The translations under genes and the position numbers were made by a program. A stretch of 14,936 bases of DNA from a bacterium. Its GTDB lineage: Bacteria > Sysuimicrobiota > Sysuimicrobiia > Sysuimicrobiales > Kaftiobacteriaceae. Within the stretch, counting starts at the first letter, position 1; every line of letters starts with the position of its first letter. The notes under the pieces were generated by a model, which did no database searches, was not told the origin of the DNA, and saw only the letters and a program-made list of their open reading frames with translations. Of this stretch, positions 8,677 through 14,936 are shown in pieces. The stretch covers positions 1 through 14,936 of the forward strand of contig JBIOWP010000127.1 in NCBI GenBank assembly GCA_044868695.1, read 5' to 3'.

Positions 8677-9784
8677 ATGACACTCGAAGAGATCAAGTCG
8701 CTCGTGGAATCCGACCGCGCCCGCCTCGAAGAGATCAGGAGGCATCTTTGACGTTCCCGCCAAACAGGCGCGCATCGGCTCGCTCGAGACCCAGATGCAG
8801 CGTCCAGACCTCTGGAGCAATCCCGATCAGGCGAAACGACTCGGACAAGAACTGAGCACGCTGCGGTCCCAGGTCGAGGGCCTGGCGATCCTGCAGCGGG
8901 ACATCGAAGACCTCGCCGTGCTGGCCCGCCTGGCCCAGGACGACCCCGCGGGGCTCAACCCGGGTGAACTCACCTCCGACGCCCAGCGGATCCACCAGAA
9001 GCTGCAGCAGCTCGAACTTATGACGCTGCTCGGCGGCGAGCACGACCCGAATAACGCCATCGTGTCCATCCACGCCGGGGCGGGGGGCACAGACTCCCAG
9101 GACTGGGCGCAGATGCTGCTGCGCATGTATACGCGGTGGGCCGAACGGCGGGCATTCGGCACGGAGGTTGTTGATTTATCCTCCGGCGAAGAAGCCGGGC
9201 TCAAGAGCGCGACCGTCATCATCAGCGGCCCATACGCCTACGGCTACCTCAAGGGGGAACGGGGCGTCCACCGGCTGGTGCGGCTCTCGCCTTTCGACGC
9301 GGCCCACCGCCGGCACACGTCGTTCGCTCTCGTCGACGTCATCCCTGACGTCGAGGAAGTTGACGTCACGGTGCGTGACGACGAGCTCAGGGTGGAGACC
9401 TACCGCGCAGGAGGGGCCGGCGGGCAGAACGTCAACAAGGTCGAGACCGCCGTCCGCATCACCCACCTGCCGACGGGAATCGTCGTCCAGTGTCAGAACG
9501 AACGGTCCCAGCACGCGAACCGCCTGACCGCGATGCGTCTGCTCCGCGCCAAGCTGGTTGAGCTGCAGGCCGAGCAGCACCAGCAGCGGCTGGCCGAGCT
9601 GCGGGGAGAGTACAAGGAAGCGGCGTGGGGAAACCAGATTCGATCGTACGTGTTGCATCCGTACACGCTCGTGAAGGACCATCGCACCGGCGAGGAGACC
9701 GGCGACGCGCAGTCGGTCATCGACGGTGACCTCGACCGGTTCATCAACGCCTACCTCAGGCGCCAGAGCCCGTCACCCGCATAG
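8677..9784 (+). CDS. prfB: Peptide chain release factor 2, programmed +1 frameshift, join(8677..8748,8750..9784)
   Basis: ATG 8677 encodes 24 codons (MTLEEIKSLVESDRARLEEIRRHL) up to CTT TGA C. The +1 frame from 8750 (DVPAKQARIGSLETQMQRPDLW...) is continuous with the ORF containing the RF2 SPF motif (RLSPFD) and GGQ. Confidence 0.98.
8737..8752 (+). promoter_or_regulatory. prfB autoregulatory frameshift site
   Basis: AGGAGG-CAT-CTT-TGA-C: internal SD three bases before the slippery CTT TGA C, the canonical RF2 signal. Confidence 0.97.
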
Positions 9785-9826
9785 GGTGCCAGAGGGGTCG
9801 GTGCGCGCCGCTTCGAACTAGGAAAC

Positions 9827-10507
9827 GTGCGGCGTCGCTGGCGGTGGCTGTGGCGGGTCGGCGTAATCGTGCTCCTCGTCGCGGCGATCAATCCCGCGCT
9901 GGCCTGGCGGCTGCAGGGGACGCTGCGCCGGACGCTGGCCACGCCGTACGTGACGGTCCGGCTCGTGGGCTGGCCGACCGCCGCCGTGACCGGAGAGTTC
10001 GCGCGCGTGACGGTGATCGTGCGGCGCGCGACGATCAGCGGATTGGTGGTCGATGAGTTCGCCGCCCGTCTGCGCGGCGTGCGGCTGGAGCCTCTGCGCG
10101 CGGGTCTGCGCGGCCAGTTCGTCATCCGTGCCGTGGAGGGCGGCAGCGCCATGGTGCGGCTGCTGGCGGACGACATCCAGCGCGCGGTGCAGGACCGCCC
10201 CTATGTCGAAGCCGCGACCGTGACGTTTGCAGGCGGCACCGTCCATGTCGCCGGTACGGTGGCGGCGGCGGGCGCCAAGGTCGAGGTGAGCCTGGCCGGG
10301 CGGCTGGTGGTCGAAGACACGCGGTATGTCGTGCTGCGCGTGGAGACGATGACGTTCCGCGGCCTGTCGCTGCCGCCTGGAGTGGCCAACCTGGTGATCG
10401 CACCCCTCAACCCCCTGCTGTCCGTGAATACTCTCCCGATCCCCCTGCGCCTGACCGGTGTCGAGGTGAGCGACGGCAAAGCCGTCGTCACCGCGGTGCC
10501 GCGGTAA
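9827..10507 (+). CDS. DUF2993 / LmeA-like membrane-anchored beta-rich protein
   Basis: Basic N-terminus plus one TM/signal segment, followed by VTVRLVGWP..AVTGEFARVTV and a C-terminal LPIPLRLTGVEVSDGKAVVTA, as recalled for DUF2993/LmeA proteins. Confidence 0.7.
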   Translation: MRRRWRWLWRVGVIVLLVAAINPALAWRLQGTLRRTLATPYVTVRLVGWPTAAVTGEFARVTVIVRRATISGLVVDEFAARLRGVRLEPLRAGLRGQFVIRAVEGGSAMVRLLADDIQRAVQDRPYVEAATVTFAGGTVHVAGTVAAAGAKVEVSLAGRLVVEDTRYVVLRVETMTFRGLSLPPGVANLVIAPLNPLLSVNTLPIPLRLTGVEVSDGKAVVTAVPR

Positions 10508-10509
10508 CC

Positions 10510-12498
10510 ATGCGCCGCGCGCTCCTGGTCGCGATGGGACTTGGGGTGCTGGCGTCCCTCGTCATTCTTGCCGCGCGGTGGTCGGTGGAGGCGGCGTACC
10601 GGGATGTGGAGATCGTGCTCGACGGTCCAGACTGGGAGATGCTGGCGGCGATGGGAGGCGTCGACGCTCCCACGCTGTTCGCCCAGGCTCGTGAGCATCG
10701 GGCCACATCGGTGGCGGTGTACGAGCGCACGCTGCTGCAGATGGCCGCGCGCGGCGAACTCGTGTACCGGACCGGAGGCGAGCTGCTCAGTGAGGCGTGG
10801 GTGCGGGCGCCGGCTCCGCCGTTTGCCGATCTGCTGGCGTCCGGTGCGGCGCGGGCCGGGCATGTGTACGTGGCTGCGCCGCCGGAGATGCTCGGTTTCC
10901 TGGAAGCCGCATTTACCGACCTGCTGGGCACCTCCCGCGTGCGCCGCACCGCCGGCGTGCTGGAGGTCGCCGGGTTTCGCGATGATTTGGAAGAAGCGCC
11001 GCTGGGCTACATGCCAGACGATCTCCAGAAGTACATCCGCCTCGGCCTGCGCCCGGTGCTCCGCCTCCGCAACTATCCGGGACTGACCGCCGAAGGACTG
11101 CAGACCAAAGTCGCGCGGCTGGCCCGCCTGGGGCGCGGCTACACCGTGGTCTTCGACAAGACCGAAGTGCTGGGGTACGAGAAACTCCTGGATGAGACCG
11201 CGGCTGCCCTGCGATCCGCAGGATACGTGTACGGTCGCATCGAGGTGTTCAGCGCCAGGCGCAAACAGCGGGGAGAAGACCGGCTGGCCCAGCTCATACG
11301 TCCCGATGTGATCAGGCTGTTCAGCCTGACGGCCGAGGAGCTGCTGGTGCTTACTCCCGCATCCACCCGCGACAAATTCGTCCGGGCCGCCCGTGAACGC
11401 AACATCCGCATCCTGTACATCCGTCCGATCCTGCCGACCGCCGGCATCGTGGGCACCGAGGCCAATCTCACGTTTCTCGATGACCTGACCCGCGACCTGA
11501 CCGCCACGCGGCTGGCGCTCCATCCGGGGCCCGCGCGGGCGCTCGCGGACTCCCACGTCCGGCTGAGGCTGTTGCTGGGCGCCGTCCTCGGGGCGCTCGC
11601 CGCCATGGTCCTCGCGCTGGACCTGCTCGGCCGGGCGGTCGGCATCAGGATGTCGCCGCGTCTCGCGGGATCCCTCGTCGGGGCAGGGCTGGTCGTGAGC
11701 GCCGTCATGCTGATCGCCGGCCCCGATGTGCTGTGGCGGAAGCTGCTGGCGCTGGGGACCGCCTCAACCGTCCCGGTGCTGGCGGTCGCCGCCGCGCTGC
11801 CGCGGTCCAGGGGCCGGCCGGCTGCCGCGGCCCTTGGCGCGCTGTGGGTCGCCTCGGCGGTGTCCGTGGCCGGCGGCCTGCTGGTGGCGGCTTTGCTGTC
11901 CGGGTGGGAGTTCATGATGGCCGCCGATTCCTTTCTCGGGGTGAAGGTGGCGCATCTGATTCCCGTCGTCCTCGTGGGCGTGGTGCTGGCCGCGTTGGAG
12001 AGGCCGCCGCAGCACTGGCGAGACGGGGTCGCGCAGATCTGGGCCTGGTCTTCCCGGCCCCTCCTCGTGCGCTACGCGATCGCGGCGATGGTGATCGGGG
12101 TCGCGGCGGTGATCCTGCTGGCGCGCAGCGGAAACTTTGGACTGCCGCTTCCGGCATTCGAGGAACGGCTCCGCACGCTGGCGGAGGACCTGCTGGTGGC
12201 GCGTCCGCGGACCAAAGAGTACCTCATCGGTCACCCGGCCCTGCTGCTGGCGGCCGGCGCCGCGGCGATGCGGTGGAGAATGTGGGTGGTCCCGCTCGCG
12301 GCGGTCGGCGCCATCGGCCAGGCTGGCATTATTAATAGTTTCTCTCACATTCACACGCCGCTCATCTACTCCGCGTGGCGGACGGCCAACGCCTTGGTGC
12401 TAGGCAGTGTCTTTGGTCTCATCGGGTTCCTGGTGCTGGTCTACGTCGTCGCTCCCATCGCGTCGCGGCTCGGCCCATCGCCCCCGGGTTCCTCTTAG
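10510..12498 (+). CDS. DUF5693-like multi-pass membrane protein with a large extracytoplasmic domain
   Basis: N-terminal TM, RAARERNIRILYIRP, multiple TM helices, FLGVKVAHLIP, ARPRTKEYLIGHPAL and INSFSHIHTP, directly upstream of csaB. Confidence 0.8.
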   Translation: MRRALLVAMGLGVLASLVILAARWSVEAAYRDVEIVLDGPDWEMLAAMGGVDAPTLFAQAREHRATSVAVYERTLLQMAARGELVYRTGGELLSEAWVRAPAPPFADLLASGAARAGHVYVAAPPEMLGFLEAAFTDLLGTSRVRRTAGVLEVAGFRDDLEEAPLGYMPDDLQKYIRLGLRPVLRLRNYPGLTAEGLQTKVARLARLGRGYTVVFDKTEVLGYEKLLDETAAALRSAGYVYGRIEVFSARRKQRGEDRLAQLIRPDVIRLFSLTAEELLVLTPASTRDKFVRAARERNIRILYIRPILPTAGIVGTEANLTFLDDLTRDLTATRLALHPGPARALADSHVRLRLLLGAVLGALAAMVLALDLLGRAVGIRMSPRLAGSLVGAGLVVSAVMLIAGPDVLWRKLLALGTASTVPVLAVAAALPRSRGRPAAAALGALWVASAVSVAGGLLVAALLSGWEFMMAADSFLGVKVAHLIPVVLVGVVLAALERPPQHWRDGVAQIWAWSSRPLLVRYAIAAMVIGVAAVILLARSGNFGLPLPAFEERLRTLAEDLLVARPRTKEYLIGHPALLLAAGAAAMRWRMWVVPLAAVGAIGQAGIINSFSHIHTPLIYSAWRTANALVLGSVFGLIGFLVLVYVVAPIASRLGPSPPGSS

Positions 12499-12505
12499 CG
12501 GCGGC

Positions 12506-13591
12506 ATGCGCGCCGTCATCTCCGGATATTACGGATTCGGCAACGTCGGCGACGAGGCGGTGCTCGCGGCCATGCTGGCAGCGCTGCGCAAGCGTGTCCC
12601 GCAGGCGCAGATCACCGTGCTCTCGGGCGATCCCGCGCAGACACGGCGCGTTCACGGTGTCCAGGCCGTGTCCCGGTCGGTTGGGGCGGTGCGCGCCATC
12701 GCCGGCGCGGACGTATTTATCAGCGGGGGCGGCAGCCTGATTCAAGACGCGACCAGCGTCCGCAGCGCCCTGTACTATCTCACACTGCTGGGTCTGGCGA
12801 CGGTGCTGGCGCGCCGCGTCATGGTGTACGCTCAGGGCGTGGGACCCCTGCGGCGCCGGTGGCTCCGGGTGCTGCTGGCGCTGGTGTTCAATCGGGTGGA
12901 CGTCGTGACCGTCCGCGACGAAGAGTCGCGGACCCTGTTGCAGGACGCCGGGGTTCGCCGCCCGGTCCACGTGGTTGCCGACCCGGCGTTCGGCCTGGAG
13001 CCAGCTCCGCCGGCGGGGGTTGCCGACGTGGTTGGGGGAACCCGGCGGCCCCGGGTCGGCTTGGTGCTGCGCCCGTGGGCGGATAACGCGCACCTGACCG
13101 CGCTGCTGGACGGTCTCCGTGGCGCCTGCACCGACTTGGGCGGAGAGGTCGTCGTGCTGGCGTTTCATCCCACCCATGATCTGCAGGTGTGTACGCGCGC
13201 GGCACGCGTGTTGGGGGCTCGTGTGGTGGCGGGCCTCCCGGCTCCGGAGGCCATGGCCGTGGTCGGGATGCTGGACCTGCTGGTGGGCATGCGCCTGCAC
13301 GCGCTCATCTGGGCCGCGGCGCTGGGCGTGCCGGCGGTCGGCCTCGCGTACGATCCCAAGATCGCCAGCCTGTTCCGGCAGATCGGAATCGGAAGCACGC
13401 TGTCGCTGGAGTCCCTGCAGGCCGAGGCCGTCCGCCGCGAGCTTCGTCGAACGTGGGAGACTCGGGACTCGTGGCGGTCCCATGCGCGGGCACGCGCGGT
13501 AGCGCTGCGCGACGATGCGCGTCGCGCGGCGGACCTTGCAGCGGCGCTGTTGCAGAGGACAGAAGGAATTACTTATGGGCATACGAAATAG
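12506..13591 (+). CDS. csaB: Polysaccharide pyruvyl transferase CsaB
   Basis: MRAVISGYYGFGNVGDEAVL, ISGGGSLIQDATSVRSALYY, YAQGVGPL, VTVRDEES, ADP, GMRLHALI and YDPKI. ATG 12506 lies 7 nt after the upstream stop. Confidence 0.95.
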   Translation: MRAVISGYYGFGNVGDEAVLAAMLAALRKRVPQAQITVLSGDPAQTRRVHGVQAVSRSVGAVRAIAGADVFISGGGSLIQDATSVRSALYYLTLLGLATVLARRVMVYAQGVGPLRRRWLRVLLALVFNRVDVVTVRDEESRTLLQDAGVRRPVHVVADPAFGLEPAPPAGVADVVGGTRRPRVGLVLRPWADNAHLTALLDGLRGACTDLGGEVVVLAFHPTHDLQVCTRAARVLGARVVAGLPAPEAMAVVGMLDLLVGMRLHALIWAAALGVPAVGLAYDPKIASLFRQIGIGSTLSLESLQAEAVRRELRRTWETRDSWRSHARARAVALRDDARRAADLAAALLQRTEGITYGHTK

Positions 13592-13613
13592 TGGAAGGCC
13601 GATGGAGGGACAC

Positions 13614-13910
13614 GTGGTCGAAGCGAGGCCCGGGGCGAAGGGTCCGATGCCGGACGTGCTCAAGGTCGGGGCGGATTCCAAGCCCAAGGCCGTCGCCGGC
13701 GCGCTGGCCGCGGTGCTGCGCGAAAGAGGGTCCGTGGAGCTCCAGGCCGTGGGAGCCGGCGCGGTGAATCAAGCGGTCAAGGCGATAGCGATCACCCGTG
13801 GGTTTGTCGCCCCTAACGGGATTGACCTCGTGGCGATTCCCGCGTTCACCAAGGTGATGATCGACGGAGAGGAACGCACCGCCATCAAGTTCCTTGTGCA
13901 GGCCCGCTGA
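13614..13910 (+). CDS. spoVS: Stage V sporulation protein S family (Alba-like fold)
   Basis: VLKVGADSKPKAVAGALAAVLRERGSVELQAVGAGAVNQAVKAIAITRGFVAPNGIDLVAIPAF...DGEERTAIKFLVQAR. The start is ambiguous: GTG 13614 (GGAGG 5 nt upstream), ATG 13602 or ATG 13647. Confidence 0.95.
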   Translation: MVEARPGAKGPMPDVLKVGADSKPKAVAGALAAVLRERGSVELQAVGAGAVNQAVKAIAITRGFVAPNGIDLVAIPAFTKVMIDGEERTAIKFLVQAR

Positions 13911-13942
13911 CGGTTTTCCTCCGGCGTTTTTCAGGGAATTCC

Positions 13943-13951
13943 TGGTAATCT
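13943..13951 (+). promoter_or_regulatory. Extended -10-like element for prs (TG-G-TAATCT)
   Basis: TGnTAnnnT ending 9 nt before ATG 13961, with no clear SD; same geometry as secA and prfB. Confidence 0.55.
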
Positions 13952-13960
13952 AGAGACGGC

Positions 13961-14908
13961 ATGGACGGCTACGGGGAGCTGAAGCTCTTCTGCGGCACCG
14001 CGAATCCTCCACTGGGAGAGGAGATCGCCGGGTATCTCGCCGTGCCTTCCGGCCGCGTGACCATTACCCGCTTTGCCGACGGTGAGATCTACGTCCGGTA
14101 CGAAGAGAACGCGCGCGGGGTAGACGCCTTTGTGCTGCAGCCCACCTGCCATCCGGTCAACGAACACCTGATGGAGCTGCTGATCATGATCGATGCACTG
14201 CGCCGGGCCTCGGCCGGGCGCATCACCGCCGTGATGCCGTATTACGGGTATGCGCGCAAGGACAAGAAGGACGCGCCCCGGGAGCCGATCACCGGCCGGC
14301 TCGTCGCGGACCTGCTGACCACCGCGGGCGCGGACCGCGTGCTGACCGTGGACCTGCACGCCGGGCAGATCGAGGGCTTCTTCAACATTCCGGTGGACCA
14401 CCTGCGGGCCCTGCCGCTGTTTGCCGATTACCTGCGCGAGAAGCGGCTGCCGACCGCGGTCGTGGTGGCCGCCGACGACGGCACCGTGAGGCGCAGCAAG
14501 CAGCTGGCGGACCGGCTGGACCTGCCACTGGCCATCATCTTCCAGCGGCGCGTCGGCAAGGACGCGAAGGAACCGGTGCAGGTGGTGGGCGAGGTGGAAG
14601 GCCGGACGCCGATCATGATTGAGGACGTCATCAGTACGGCCGGGACACTGTCGGGCGCAGTGGATGCATTAATGCGCGAGGGAGCCCGGCCCGAGGTCCA
14701 CATCTGCGCGACGCACGCGGTGCTGGCCGGTCCGGCCGCCGACCGCCTCGCGCGCGACGAGATCCGCGAAGTCGTCGTGACGAACACCATCCCGCTGCCG
14801 CCCAGTATCCATCTCCCGAAGCTGCGGGTGCTGTCGGCCGCGCCGCTGCTGGCCGAAGCGATCCGGCGCATCCACGAAGACCAGTCGGTCAGCATGCTCT
14901 TCACATGA
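13961..14908 (+). CDS. prs: Ribose-phosphate pyrophosphokinase family protein (catalytic motifs atypical)
   Basis: FADGEIYV, NEHLMELLIMIDALRRASAGRITAVMPYYGYAR, VDLHAGQIEGFFNIPVDHL, ATHAVL, VVVTNTIP and LAEAIRRIHEDQSVSMLF. Confidence 0.95.
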   Translation: MDGYGELKLFCGTANPPLGEEIAGYLAVPSGRVTITRFADGEIYVRYEENARGVDAFVLQPTCHPVNEHLMELLIMIDALRRASAGRITAVMPYYGYARKDKKDAPREPITGRLVADLLTTAGADRVLTVDLHAGQIEGFFNIPVDHLRALPLFADYLREKRLPTAVVVAADDGTVRRSKQLADRLDLPLAIIFQRRVGKDAKEPVQVVGEVEGRTPIMIEDVISTAGTLSGAVDALMREGARPEVHICATHAVLAGPAADRLARDEIREVVVTNTIPLPPSIHLPKLRVLSAAPLLAEAIRRIHEDQSVSMLFT

Positions 14909-14936
14909 CCGTCCGGACCCGCTATGCGCCGAGCCC

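Noticed and set aside
8749..8751. In-frame TGA suggesting a prfB pseudogene, or a start at 8795
   Set aside because: It matches the canonical programmed frameshift site with an internal SD.
12407..12505. ORF-track start of csaB
   Set aside because: It overlaps the upstream gene by about 90 nt; family similarity begins at ATG 12506.
13614..13910. spoVS as evidence of endospore formation
   Set aside because: SpoVS homologs occur in many non-sporulating bacteria, and no other sporulation gene is in the window.
14924..14936. ATG near the window end as the start of a next gene
   Set aside because: Only four codons are visible, so it cannot be supported.

Overview
A GC-rich bacterial chromosomal window in which every credible gene lies on the + strand. 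Order: 3' end of ppdK, dGTP triphosphohydrolase, long-form HPF, a hypothetical protein with a LeuA-regulatory-like C-terminus, secA, lnt with an extra degenerate CAAX-protease-like (CPBP) membrane domain, a secreted protein made of two cysteine-bounded repeats, prfB (programmed +1 frameshift), a DUF2993/LmeA-like protein, a DUF5693-like membrane protein, csaB, spoVS, and a prs homolog with altered catalytic motifs. The gene order is Firmicute-like (ppdK-dgt, hpf-secA-prfB, csaB, spoVS), yet lnt is present, which suggests a deep-branching Terrabacteria lineage (inference only). The most unusual non-coding signals are three different 7-bp tandem-repeat families, mostly as inverted pairs, filling four consecutive intergenic gaps. 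One array separates a perfect TTGACA from a -10-like hexamer by 17+14 bp. Four genes also have a -10-like box only 9-10 nt before the start codon. No CRISPR array, rRNA, tRNA or transposase was seen. Family names come from motif recognition; no database searches were run.
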